From Acidimicrobiales bacterium (GTDB lineage: Bacteria; Actinomycetota; Acidimicrobiia; Acidimicrobiales; RAAP-2), in assembly GCA_052143895.1 (NCBI GenBank), contig JBKQRT010000001.1, forward strand, positions 2,907 through 66,906: DNA of 64,000 bases. Reading direction: 5' to 3'. Below are positions 53,044 to 63,164 of this stretch, one piece after another. Each line of letters starts with the position of its first letter. Position 1 is the first letter of the stretch. The translations under genes and the position numbers were made by a program. Below the pieces are notes generated by a model. The model made no database searches. It was not told where the DNA came from and saw only the letters and a list, made by a program, of their open reading frames with translations.

Positions 53044-54690
53044 ATGGTGTGCCAGTACGACACCCACGACGTGTTCAACCAGGTGCCCGCCCTCGAGGGG
53101 TACGACGTGTTCGCCGCCGACGCCGCGCTCGTCGACGCCGTCGACCGCGAGGGAGCCGGATGGGCCCGGGCCGAGCTCGGACGCCTGGGCGAGCTGGCCG
53201 GCAGCCCGTCGGCCCAGGAACTCGGGCGGCTCGCAAACGAGCACCGGCCCGTGCTCCACACCCACGACCGCGTCGGACGCCGGGTGGACATGGTCGAGTA
53301 CCACCCGGCCTACCACCAGCTCATGACCACCTCGGTCGCCCACGGACTGCACGCCGGGCCCTGGGCCGATCCCCGCCCCGGGGCCCACGCCGCCCGGGCG
53401 GCCAAGATCATCGTCTGGTACCAGGTCGACGCCGGTCACATCTGCCCGGTGTCGATGACCTACGCCGTCGTCCCCGCCCTCCGGCACCAGCCCGACGTCG
53501 CCGCCGTGTGGGAGCCGATGATCTGCTCCACGACCTACGATCCCTCCGACCGGCCGGTCGACCGGAAGTCGGGCGTGACCTGTGGCATGGCGCTCACTGA
53601 GAAGCAGGGGGGCTCCGACGTCCGGGCCAACACCACCCGGGCCGAGCCGGCACGGGACGGCGACGACCGCTCCTTCGTGCTGACCGGCCACAAGTGGTTC
53701 TGCTCCGCGCCCATGTCCGACGCCTTCCTTGTGCTGGCCCAGGCGCCCGGGGGCATCAGCTGTTTCCTCCTCCCCCGGTGGATGCCCGACGGGACCCGCA
53801 ACCCGATCCGCATCCAGCGGTTGAAGGACAAGCTCGGTGACCGTTCGAACGCCTCGAGCGAGATCGAGCTCCTCGGTGCCCGAGGCCAGCTCGTCGGCGA
53901 GGAGGGCCGGGGGGTGCGCACCATCATCGAGATGGTCAACCACACACGGCTCGACTGCGTGCTCGGGTCGACGGCGGTGATGCGCCAGGGCGTCGCCCAG
54001 GCCACCTGGCATGCGGCGCACCGGAACGCCTTCGGCAGGCTGCTGTCCGAGCAGCCGCTCATGGCCAACGTGCTCGCCGACCTGGCCGTCGAGTCCGAGG
54101 CGGCCACCGCCGCCGCACTCCGTCTGGCGCGCGCCTACGACGCCCCCGCCGGCGACGAGCACGCGCACCACCTGCAGCGGCTCCTCACGCCGGTTGTCAA
54201 GTACTGGACGTGCAAGCGGGCGCCGCAGCACGCGGCCGAGGCGCTCGAGTGCCTCGGCGGCAACGGGTTCGTCGAGGAGTCGGACATGCCCCGCCTCTTC
54301 CGGCAGAGCCCGGTCAACGGGGTGTGGGAGGGATCGGGCAACGTCATCTGCCTCGACGTGCTGCGGGCACTGTCCCGCGAGCCCGAAACGCTCGAGGCCT
54401 ACTGGGCCGAGGTCGCCCTGGCCGGCGGCGGCGACACCCGCCTCGACCGGGCGGTCGACGACCTCCACGTCGACCTGTCCGGGCCCGGGACGCTCGAGTC
54501 ACGGGCCCGCGCTGTGGTCCAGCGCATGGCGCTCGTCTTCCAGGCCTCCCTGCTCGTGCGCTCCGCGCCGGACGCGGTGGCCGACGCCTTCTGCGCCTCG
54601 CGGCTCGGGGACGGTGGTGCCGGCGTCTTCGGCACCCTCCCTCCGGGCACCGACACCAAGGCGATCCTCGACCGCCACACGCCGGTCTGA
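53044..54690 (+). CDS. AidB-like acyl-CoA dehydrogenase family protein
   Basis: DVFNQVP.LEGYD.F..D..L...V.REGA.W...........HP.YH.LM......GLH..PW......H.ARAA......Q...GH.CP.SMTY......ALTEKQGGSDVR.NTT, as recalled for AidB. ATG 53044 is preceded by AGGAGG. Confidence 0.88.
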   Translation: MVCQYDTHDVFNQVPALEGYDVFAADAALVDAVDREGAGWARAELGRLGELAGSPSAQELGRLANEHRPVLHTHDRVGRRVDMVEYHPAYHQLMTTSVAHGLHAGPWADPRPGAHAARAAKIIVWYQVDAGHICPVSMTYAVVPALRHQPDVAAVWEPMICSTTYDPSDRPVDRKSGVTCGMALTEKQGGSDVRANTTRAEPARDGDDRSFVLTGHKWFCSAPMSDAFLVLAQAPGGISCFLLPRWMPDGTRNPIRIQRLKDKLGDRSNASSEIELLGARGQLVGEEGRGVRTIIEMVNHTRLDCVLGSTAVMRQGVAQATWHAAHRNAFGRLLSEQPLMANVLADLAVESEAATAAALRLARAYDAPAGDEHAHHLQRLLTPVVKYWTCKRAPQHAAEALECLGGNGFVEESDMPRLFRQSPVNGVWEGSGNVICLDVLRALSREPETLEAYWAEVALAGGGDTRLDRAVDDLHVDLSGPGTLESRARAVVQRMALVFQASLLVRSAPDAVADAFCASRLGDGGAGVFGTLPPGTDTKAILDRHTPV

Positions 54691-54774
54691 ACCCGGGCGA
54701 GCCACCGGCCAGTGTCCGGTCGAAGGCGATCTGCGCACTGCGCCGGGCCGCCAGTGCAAAGTCCGCCGACGTGA

Positions 54775-54807
<33 letters not shown>

Positions 54808-54888
54808 GACGGACCACGGTGCGATACGGGTGCGACCCGCTCCGCCGACGCCGACGCCGCGAACAGGCCCTACTCTAAGCAGGACCCT

Positions 54889-56874
54889 ATGACCAAGCAG
54901 GCACTCCCTCCGCCCACCAACGACAGCGGCACCCCGACCGCCCCGCCGGCGCCACCGGCGTGGCGGCACTACCTGTGGCTCATCGCGCTGGCCATGTTCA
55001 TCCTCCTGTTCTTCGTGCTGCCCGCGACCTCCACCAAGAACCAGGTCACCCTGACCTACTCGAAGTTCCTGAGCGACGTGTCGGCCCACAAGGTGAAGAC
55101 GGTGACCATCCAGACGACCGGCGGGGCGAGCGGCACGCTCTCGGACGGGAGCTCCTACACGACGGTCATCCCCCCGCAGGCCAGCCAGTCGTTCCTCAAC
55201 GAGCTGCAGAAGGACGGCGTCGAGATCACCGCGGAGACAAGCGGCACGTCCTTCACCACCGACCTCCTGTCGTGGCTCATCCTCCTGCTCCCCTTCGTGT
55301 TCATCGGCTACATCTGGTGGCGGCTTTCCAAGGGCGGCGTCAGCCGCATGCAGGGCGCCCTCGGGGTGGGGCGGTCGAAGGCACAGATCTTCGACGAGGA
55401 GCGGCCCAAGACCACCTTCGCCGACGTGGCGGGCTACGAAGGGGCCAAGGTCGAGATCCGCGAGGTCGTCGACTTCCTCCAGCACCCCGAGCGGTATGCA
55501 CGGGCCGGCGCCATGGCCCCGCGCGGCATCCTGATGGTCGGACCGCCCGGCACGGGCAAGACGCTCCTGGCCCGGGCGGTGGCCGGCGAGGCCGAGGTCC
55601 CGTTCTTCTCGGTCACCGGGTCGAGCTTCGTCGAGATGTTCGTCGGTGTGGGGGCCGCCCGGGTCCGCGACCTCTTCGACGAGGCGCGCAAGCGTGCACC
55701 CGCCATCGTATTCGTCGACGAGATCGACGCCATCGGTACGCGCCGGTCGGGCACCGGGCAGATCGTCTCGAACGACGAGCGCGAGCAGACACTCAACCAG
55801 CTGCTGGCGGAGATGGACGGATTCGACCCGGCCACCGGCATCGTCGTCCTCGCCGCCACCAACCGCCCCGAGGTGCTCGATCCCGCGCTCCTCCGGCCGG
55901 GTCGGTTCGACCGGCAGGTCATCATCCCCCTGCCCACCCTGACCGAGCGGGTCGCCATCCTCGAGGTGCACAGCCGCGGCAAGCAGCTCGACCCCAGCGT
56001 GAACCTCGAGGTCGTGGCCCGGGGGACTCCCGGCTTTTCCGGGGCCGACCTCGCCAACCTGGTCAACGAGGCGGCCATCATCGCCGTGCGGGCCGACCGC
56101 GAGGTGGTCGGCGCCGCCGACTTCGAAGAAGCACGCGACCGGATCATCCTCGGCCGGCGTGAAGGGTCGAACATGCTCCTCCCCGAGGAGAAGCACGCGG
56201 TGGCCGTGCACGAGTCGGGACACGCGCTGGTCGCCGCCTACACGGACAAGGCGGACCCGATCGCCAAGGTGACCATCCTCCCGGCCGGCCAGACCCTCGG
56301 GGTGACCGAGCAGCTGCCCCTGGTCGAGCGCCACCTCTTCGGGGAGGACTACCTCGACGACACGCTCACCGTCTTCCTGGGTGGCCGGGCTAGCGAGCTC
56401 GTCGTGTTCGGTCACGGATCGACCGGCGCCGCCAACGACCTGGCGAAGGCCACCGAGCTGGCCACCAAGATGGTGCGGGAGTTCGGCCTCTCCCCGACCA
56501 TCGGGCCGGTGGGCTACCCGATGGGGGGTTCGGTCTACCTGGACGGCGGCGGCGCGTTCTCCAGCCGGCCGTTCGCCGAGCAGACCCAGGCGACCGTGGA
56601 CGCCGAGGTGGCGCGGATCCTCGGCGAGGCCGAGCAACGGGCAGTCGGCATCATCCGGAAGCACCGGGACGTCCTCGACAAGCTCGTGCAGCTCCTCATG
56701 ACGCAGGAGACGGTGGACGGCGCCGAGGTGTACGCCCTGGCCGGCCGGCCCGTGCCGGAGAGCGGCGAGGGGATGACCATGGCCCCCGGGCGGGCCGCGC
56801 AGTCCGACGGGGGATCCGTGCCCGCCCGGCCGGTGCCCACGCCTTCGCCGGAGCGGACCGGCCGGACGCACTGA
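54889..56874 (+). CDS. ftsH: ATP-dependent zinc metalloprotease FtsH
   Basis: Two N-terminal TM helices, an AAA module ([18 protein letters not shown]...VFVDEIDA) with SRH, and the HESGHALV zinc site. Confidence 0.96.
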   Translation: MTKQALPPPTNDSGTPTAPPAPPAWRHYLWLIALAMFILLFFVLPATSTKNQVTLTYSKFLSDVSAHKVKTVTIQTTGGASGTLSDGSSYTTVIPPQASQSFLNELQKDGVEITAETSGTSFTTDLLSWLILLLPFVFIGYIWWRLSKGGVSRMQGALGVGRSKAQIFDEERPKTTFADVAGYEGAKVEIREVVDFLQHPERYARAGAMAPRGILMVGPPGTGKTLLARAVAGEAEVPFFSVTGSSFVEMFVGVGAARVRDLFDEARKRAPAIVFVDEIDAIGTRRSGTGQIVSNDEREQTLNQLLAEMDGFDPATGIVVLAATNRPEVLDPALLRPGRFDRQVIIPLPTLTERVAILEVHSRGKQLDPSVNLEVVARGTPGFSGADLANLVNEAAIIAVRADREVVGAADFEEARDRIILGRREGSNMLLPEEKHAVAVHESGHALVAAYTDKADPIAKVTILPAGQTLGVTEQLPLVERHLFGEDYLDDTLTVFLGGRASELVVFGHGSTGAANDLAKATELATKMVREFGLSPTIGPVGYPMGGSVYLDGGGAFSSRPFAEQTQATVDAEVARILGEAEQRAVGIIRKHRDVLDKLVQLLMTQETVDGAEVYALAGRPVPESGEGMTMAPGRAAQSDGGSVPARPVPTPSPERTGRTH

Positions 56875-56945
56875 GGGGACCGGGCGGGCCGGGTACCCGA
56901 GCCGGGTCCCGCCGGTTCGGTAGTGCTGACGGCCGCGAAGAGGTT

Positions 56946-57591
<646 letters not shown>

Positions 57592-57616
57592 CCCGCGCCC
57601 GCCCGGCGGACACCGC

Positions 57617-58609
57617 CTACGACGAGGGCAGCTCCAGGGGCTTCAGCCCGCCCCGCAAGAGCCGGGACCACCCGCACAGCACCGGGTGGGGACGCTCCGC
57701 GTGCAGCCGGTCGAGTGCCGCCTGCATGGCGCCGGTGATCTCCCGGTAGCAGGCGTCGACGATCGACTCGTCGGCGGCAGCCTCGGGGCCGAGACCGCTC
57801 CAGTCGAGCGGCGGCAAGAACTCGACGGTGATGGCCGACGGCTGGGGAAGCGGCGGGACGAGGATCGACGTGATCCCGAAGGGGCCGAGGAGGATCGGGA
57901 ACACCTTGATCCGGAGGCGGTGCAGCCCGAGGACCGACGCCAGACGGTCCCCCCGGGCCAGCACGGTGACCGCCTGGTGGCTGCCGTAGGACACGACGGG
58001 CACGACGGGGACGCCGGTTCGGAGCGCCAGCCGGACGAACCCGGTGTGCCCGGCGAACTCGATCCGGTTGCGCTCGGTCCAGGGCCGGCAGGCCTCGGCG
58101 TCGCCTCCCGGGTAGTCGAGCACCGCCGCCCCTTCGGCCAGGGCCTTCTCGGCGACCTCCCCGCCGGCCGGCACCGCCCCGATGCGGGCCAGCGCCGGCC
58201 CGATGCCGGGGATTCGCATCAACAGGTCGTAGACCAGGGCGTAGGCCGGTGCGTCCGGGCCCCGGCGGGCGGTGATGGCCAGTCCGACCACCCAGGTGTC
58301 CGGCATGTAGAAGAGGCACGAGTGGTTGCCGACCAGGAGCACCGGTCCGGTGGCGGGCAGATGCTCGAGGCCGCGGACCTCGGGCGAGAAGTAACCCACG
58401 AAGCGGGCCACGGCGGGGACCACCCGACGCACGAAGTCCGGGTCGCGTCCCGTCGTCTCGGCGTTCGGCTCCGGCGCGGCCTCGGAGGCCGTCTCCGGCG
58501 CAGTCTCGGCGTTCGGCTCCGGCGCGGCCTCGGAGGTCGGCTCCGGCGCAGTCCGGGCCGTCGGTGCTGCACGACGCCCACTTCCTCTGGCTGTCGAGCC
58601 CGTCGCCAT
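57617..58609 (-). CDS. glycerolipid acyltransferase-family protein (LPLAT/PlsC superfamily)
   Basis: GPVLLVGNHSCLFYMPD, LDYPGGDAEA, and GHTGFVRLALRTGVPVVPVVSYG blocks. ATG 58609 is preceded by GGGGAGG. The N-terminal Ala/Pro/Glu-rich region is repetitive. Confidence 0.82.
   Translation of the reverse strand: MATGSTARGSGRRAAPTARTAPEPTSEAAPEPNAETAPETASEAAPEPNAETTGRDPDFVRRVVPAVARFVGYFSPEVRGLEHLPATGPVLLVGNHSCLFYMPDTWVVGLAITARRGPDAPAYALVYDLLMRIPGIGPALARIGAVPAGGEVAEKALAEGAAVLDYPGGDAEACRPWTERNRIEFAGHTGFVRLALRTGVPVVPVVSYGSHQAVTVLARGDRLASVLGLHRLRIKVFPILLGPFGITSILVPPLPQPSAITVEFLPPLDWSGLGPEAAADESIVDACYREITGAMQAALDRLHAERPHPVLCGWSRLLRGGLKPLELPSS
58456..58551. repeat. 48-bp tandem duplication inside the 5' end of the acyltransferase gene
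   Basis: 58456-58503 versus 58504-58551 differ at only a few positions. They encode APEPNAET..SEA-type 16-aa repeats. Confidence 0.85.
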
Positions 58610-58832
58610 GTCACCTCCCCGTCACCCGGCGATGCCACCGAGTGTCGCGCCGGTGAGGGGATAGCGACAGGGCCGTTGGTCCCGTGATCCTCCGCGACGG
58701 CCAACGCGGGCGTCAGGTGGTGGCGTCGGCCCGGATCGCGGAGAACACGCCAGGGGCCACCGCCAGGAGGATCCGACCGGCACGGCCGCCGAGACGACCG
58801 TCGCCGGTCCGGTCATTGGTAGCGTCCGGTCC

Positions 58833-60428
58833 GTGTCCGGCGCACGCAGGTTCTGGGGCTGGGGATTCGAGGGAGCCGGCCTCTCCACCTCGGAGGAGCA
58901 CGACCTGGCCGAGCGGGTCCGGCCCCTGATCGGTGACAGCGCCCTGTCACCGGTCGACCCGCCCACCTCCCACGAGCTCGACCTGTCGCCGCCCCGATTG
59001 GTGCCGCCGGCACCGCTGGCCGGGTGGTGCCGCACCGACCAGGTCGCCCGGGCCGGCCACACCTACGGCAAGTCGTTCCGAGACGTGGTGCGCGCCCTCG
59101 AGCGGCGCTGGCCCCGGCCGCCGGACATCGTGGCCGCACCACCGGACGAGCAGGGCGTGGCCACGGTCCTCGACTGGGCGTCCGAGGCGGGGGCGGTGGT
59201 CATCCCCTACGGCGGCGGCTCATCGGTGGTCGGGGGTGTCGAGGCGCCCGCCGACGACGACCGGCCCGTCGTGAGCTGCGACCTCGGGCGACTCGACCGG
59301 GTGCTCGAGGTCGACACGGTGTCCCGGGCCGCCCGGATCCAGGCCGGCGTGCTCGGCCCGGCGCTCGAGGACCAGCTCCGAGCCTCCGGACTCACGCTCC
59401 GACACTTCCCCCAGAGCTTCGAGGTGTCCTCGCTCGGGGGGTGGCTGGCCACCCGGTCCGGTGGGCATTTCGCCACCCTCCACACCCACATCGACGACTT
59501 CGTCGAGTCCATGCGGGCGGTCACGCCCCAGGGGCTCTGGGAGTCCCGACGCCTTCCGGGGTCGGGTGCCGGCCCCTCGCCGGACCGCCTCCTCCTCGGA
59601 TCGGAAGGGATCTTCGGGGTGATCACCGAGGCCTGGATGCGTCTCCAGGAGCGGCCGCGCTTCCGCGCCTCGGGCGTCGGACGCTTCCCGACCTTTGGAG
59701 CCGGCGCGGCTGCGGCCCGGGCCCTCGCCCAGTCGGGGCTCTGGCCCGCCAACTGCCGCCTGCTCGACGCCGCCGAGGCGGCGATCACCGGGTCGGGTGA
59801 CGGGACCGCCCATCTCCTGCTCGTCGGCTTCGAGTCCGCCGATCATCCGGTCGACCACGACCTGGCCCGGGCGGTTGAGGTGGTCGGCGACCACGGCGGG
59901 ACGATGGCCCCGGCCTCCCGTCCCGGGGGCGACGACGCGGGCGACGGGGCCGCCGACCGCTGGCGGGCCGGGTTCCTCCGGGCGCCCTACCTCCGGGACT
60001 CCCTGGTCTGCCTGGGCCTCATCAGCGAGACGTTCGAGTCGGCCGTCACCTGGAACCGCTTCGACGCGTTCGTGGCCGCCATCCGTACCGCCACCGAGGG
60101 CGCCCTTCGGTCGGTCGGCGCTTGGCCGGCGCTGGTCACCTGCCGCCTGACCCACGTCTACCCCGACGGCGCCGCCCCGTACTTCACGGTCGTCGCCCCG
60201 GGCCGGCGGGACGGCCGCCTGGCGCAGTGGGCGGACGTCAAGGACGCAGTGATGACGGCCATCGGGTCCGAGGGGGGCACGGTGACCCACCATCACGCCG
60301 TGGGGCGGGACCACCGCCCCGGATACGACCGCCAGCGGCCCGATCTCTTCGCCTCGCAACTGCGCGCCGCCAAGCGGGCGGTGGACCCCGCAGCCATCCT
60401 CAACCCGGGCGTGCTGATCGACCCGTGA
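58833..60428 (+). CDS. FAD-linked oxidase resembling alkyldihydroxyacetonephosphate synthase (AGPS-like)
   Basis: N-terminal RFWGWGFEG and HTYGKSFRDVVRAL blocks, recalled as AGPS-specific. PCMH-type FAD-binding domain (VVIPYGGGSSVVGG...). C-terminal HHHAVGRDH. GTG 58833. Confidence 0.85.
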   Translation: MSGARRFWGWGFEGAGLSTSEEHDLAERVRPLIGDSALSPVDPPTSHELDLSPPRLVPPAPLAGWCRTDQVARAGHTYGKSFRDVVRALERRWPRPPDIVAAPPDEQGVATVLDWASEAGAVVIPYGGGSSVVGGVEAPADDDRPVVSCDLGRLDRVLEVDTVSRAARIQAGVLGPALEDQLRASGLTLRHFPQSFEVSSLGGWLATRSGGHFATLHTHIDDFVESMRAVTPQGLWESRRLPGSGAGPSPDRLLLGSEGIFGVITEAWMRLQERPRFRASGVGRFPTFGAGAAAARALAQSGLWPANCRLLDAAEAAITGSGDGTAHLLLVGFESADHPVDHDLARAVEVVGDHGGTMAPASRPGGDDAGDGAADRWRAGFLRAPYLRDSLVCLGLISETFESAVTWNRFDAFVAAIRTATEGALRSVGAWPALVTCRLTHVYPDGAAPYFTVVAPGRRDGRLAQWADVKDAVMTAIGSEGGTVTHHHAVGRDHRPGYDRQRPDLFASQLRAAKRAVDPAAILNPGVLIDP

Positions 60429-60440
60429 TCGATCTGGCTG

Positions 60441-60794
60441 TCAGCCGGCGGCCTCAGCCCCCCGGCCGGGCGGCGGAGGGTCGGTGCCCGGTACGCCGTC
60501 GTCGCTCACGTGCTCGGTCCACTCGGACCCCGACCAGTACCGGTGCTGGTGCCGGACGAAGGGATCGGTGAACCAGCCCGGGGCCGTGCCGGTGGAGGAC
60601 GCCGACGTGGCCGTGGCCGCTGTGCGCTCGGTCGGAGCGGCGGTGGGCGGCGTACGGGGGGGCGCGGTGAACGAGCGCTGCTGGCCCGGCGACCGCCCAG
60701 ACGCGCTGCGCCGCCGTTGCGAGGCAAGCGCACGCATCACGAACATCCCCCCGAAGATCGCCAGCGCGATCCACGATTCGTGCCCGTAGTACAT
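60441..60794 (-). CDS. DUF2510-domain membrane protein
   Basis: N-terminal TM (WIALAIFGGMFVM), a Pro/Thr/Ala linker, then GWFTDPFVRHQHRYWSGSEWTEHV. Confidence 0.7.
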   Translation of the reverse strand: MYYGHESWIALAIFGGMFVMRALASQRRRSASGRSPGQQRSFTAPPRTPPTAAPTERTAATATSASSTGTAPGWFTDPFVRHQHRYWSGSEWTEHVSDDGVPGTDPPPPGRGAEAAG

Positions 60795-60878
60795 GCACGG
60801 AGTCTACGGGGCCGGGGACGGCCACGGTTGGCGTCTCTGACGGCCGCTCCCACACGGGCCACCCCCTAGCATCGGTGC

Positions 60879-61196
60879 ATGTCCCCCCGGAAACGGCCGG
60901 CCGAGCCGCGGCCCGTCCGCCTCCAGATCCACGTGCGGCCGGGGTCGTCCGCGACGGCGGTGGGTGGCACCCACGACGGTGCGCTCGTCGTCCGGGTCGT
61001 CGAGCCGGCCGACGCGGGACGGGCCACGGCAGCCGCTCTGGCCGCCATAGCCCGCGCCGTCGGGCTCCCCCGCAGCGCCGTCACCCTGGTCCAGGGGGCG
61101 ACCAGCCGCCGGAAAGTCGTCGACATCGATGCCGGGGCGGCACGGGCCGGGGACGTTGCCGCCTCCCTGGAGCGGCTTCGGGGTGCGGGCGGGTGA
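60879..61196 (+). CDS. DUF167 (YggU-like) family protein
   Basis: LQIHVRPGSS....G.HDGALVVRV.EPA.AGRAT.A....IA.A.GLPRSAVTLV.GATSRRKVVDI. Confidence 0.8.
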   Translation: MSPRKRPAEPRPVRLQIHVRPGSSATAVGGTHDGALVVRVVEPADAGRATAAALAAIARAVGLPRSAVTLVQGATSRRKVVDIDAGAARAGDVAASLERLRGAGG

Positions 61197-61220
61197 GGCT
61201 GGTGGTCCGCGGTGGGCAGA

Positions 61221-61550
61221 TCAGGGTCGAGGGGCGGCGGTGACCTCGACCACCCAGTCGCGGTAGCCCGGCGCGGCCCCGGTCACCGCCACGGCCACGA
61301 TCTCGGGCGTCTCGTACGGATGGCGGTCAAGGACGGCGTCGATGACCTGGTCGCGCAGGTCCGCACGCGTCTTGAGCACGACCAGCCATTCCTCCGCGCG
61401 CTCGAGCGAGCCCTGCCACCAGTACCGGCTGACCAGCGGACCGGAGCGCTGCCCGCAGGCGACCAGCCGATCGCCGAGGAGGTCGTCGACGATGGCGTCG
61501 GCCGCTTCAGGATCGTCGATGGCGAACTGCACCTGCACGAGCTCCACCAT
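61221..61550 (-). CDS. cutA: divalent-cation tolerance protein CutA
   Basis: 109 aa from ATG 61550: A..I...L...LVAC.......S.YWW.G........E..L..KT.......V......HPYE.PEI. Confidence 0.82.
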   Translation of the reverse strand: MVELVQVQFAIDDPEAADAIVDDLLGDRLVACGQRSGPLVSRYWWQGSLERAEEWLVVLKTRADLRDQVIDAVLDRHPYETPEIVAVAVTGAAPGYRDWVVEVTAAPRP

Positions 61551-61643
61551 GTCGACCTCCCCGAGGCTGTCCCGACCCGATGTTCGCGCATCCCCGGCCG
61601 CTGCGGTCGCGAGCCGGACGAGTCGGCGGGGCCGGCGTCTAAC

Positions 61644-63164
61644 GTGCGTCCCGTGCCCGCCGCGACGCCGCCCGGACCGCTGGACCCGGACCGGCTCGGC
61701 GCGGCACGTGACGCGGCGCTGGCGGAGGCCCTCCGCCTCGGCTGCAGCCACGCCGAGCTCCGGGTGGAGCACATCCGCTCCCAGCACGTCCGCCTGCGCG
61801 ACGGGCAGCTCGAGGGCGCGTCCGACGACACCGAGCTGGGGATGGGGGTCCGCGTGGTGACCGACGGTGCCATGGGGTTCGCCGCCACGGTCGCCACCGG
61901 TGCCCCCGATGCCGCCCGGCTGGTGGCCGAGGCCGTGGACGCCGCCCGGATCGTCGCCCGGGCCGGGGGCGGGCGCGTCGAGCTGGCCCCCGAACCCGGG
62001 CACGGCACGATCTCCTGGGTCGCCCCCCACGACCTCGACCCGGCGGACGTGCCCCTGGCCGACAAGGTGGCGCTGCTCACCGACTGGAGCGGCCGCCTCC
62101 TGTCCGCCCCCGGCGTCGACCACGCCAGCGCCGAGGTGCTGGCGGTGACCGAGGACAAGTACTACGTGGACCTGGCCGGCACCGAGGCGACCCAGCGGCG
62201 GGTCCGGGTCCACCCGGGGGCCGAGGCGCTCACGGTCGTCCCCGACGGCGGGTTCGAGTCCATGCGGACGGTGGCGCCACCGGTCGGGCGCGGCTGGGAG
62301 TACCTCACGGGCGAGGGATGGGACTGGGACGCCGAGCTCGCGCAGCTGCCGGACCTCCTGGCGGCCAAGTCCCGGGCGCCCTCGGTCCAGGCCGGCCGCT
62401 ACGACCTGGTGATCGACCCGAGCAACCTGTGGCTGACGATCCACGAGTCGATCGGCCATGCCACCGAGCTCGACCGGGCCATGGGGTACGAGGCCGCCTA
62501 CGCCGGCACGTCGTTCGCGACGCCGGACCGGCTCGGGACCCTCCGGTACGGCTCGGGGGTCATGCAGGTGACCGGCGACCGCACGACACCCCACGGACTG
62601 GCCACCGTGGCCGTCGACGACGAGGGCGTGCCGGCCCGCTCGTTCGACCTCATCCGCGACGGGCTGCTGGTCGGCTACCAGCTCGACCGCACGATCGCCG
62701 CCGTCGCCGGCTCGGGCACCTCCAACGGCTGCGCCTTCGCCGACTCGCCGCTGCACGTGCCCATCCAGCGCATGGCCAATGTCTCCCTCCAGCCGGCCAC
62801 CGGGGACGGGCCGACCACCGACGACCTCATCGGCGAGGTCGAGCACGGTCTCTACATCGTCGGTGACAAGAGCTGGTCGATCGACATGCAGCGGTACAAC
62901 TTCCAATTCACCGGCCAGCGCTTCTTCCGCATCGAGGGGGGCCGGCTGGCCGGCCAGGTCCGGGACGTCGCCTACCAGGCGACCACCACCGAGTTCTGGG
63001 GCTCGATGGAGGCGGTCGGCGAGCGCTCGACCTACGTGCTCGGAGGGGCCTTCAACTGCGGGAAGGGCCAGCCCGGCCAGGTCGCGCCGGTCTCCCACGG
63101 CTGCCCGTCGGTGCTGGTGCGCGGGGTCCGTGTCCTCAACACCCGCCAGGAGTCGGGCCGGTGA
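61644..63164 (+). CDS. tldD: TldD-family metalloprotease
   Basis: GMGVRVV.DGA.GFA...HESIGHATELDR...RMANV......GLYI......D......F......F.IE.G......V......FNCGK. GTG 61644 (or 61653) is preferred over the track start at 61212, which overlaps cutA antisense. Confidence 0.88.
   Translation: MRPVPAATPPGPLDPDRLGAARDAALAEALRLGCSHAELRVEHIRSQHVRLRDGQLEGASDDTELGMGVRVVTDGAMGFAATVATGAPDAARLVAEAVDAARIVARAGGGRVELAPEPGHGTISWVAPHDLDPADVPLADKVALLTDWSGRLLSAPGVDHASAEVLAVTEDKYYVDLAGTEATQRRVRVHPGAEALTVVPDGGFESMRTVAPPVGRGWEYLTGEGWDWDAELAQLPDLLAAKSRAPSVQAGRYDLVIDPSNLWLTIHESIGHATELDRAMGYEAAYAGTSFATPDRLGTLRYGSGVMQVTGDRTTPHGLATVAVDDEGVPARSFDLIRDGLLVGYQLDRTIAAVAGSGTSNGCAFADSPLHVPIQRMANVSLQPATGDGPTTDDLIGEVEHGLYIVGDKSWSIDMQRYNFQFTGQRFFRIEGGRLAGQVRDVAYQATTTEFWGSMEAVGERSTYVLGGAFNCGKGQPGQVAPVSHGCPSVLVRGVRVLNTRQESGR

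Noticed and set aside
48246-53291. Two giant overlapping track ORFs on opposite strands (1464 aa plus-strand, 1588 aa minus-strand)
   Set aside because: Only sub-segments look like proteins: 49833-52640 (+) and 48525-49589 (-). The rest is Arg/Pro/Gly/Ala-rich antisense read-through, typical of very GC-rich DNA lacking stop codons.
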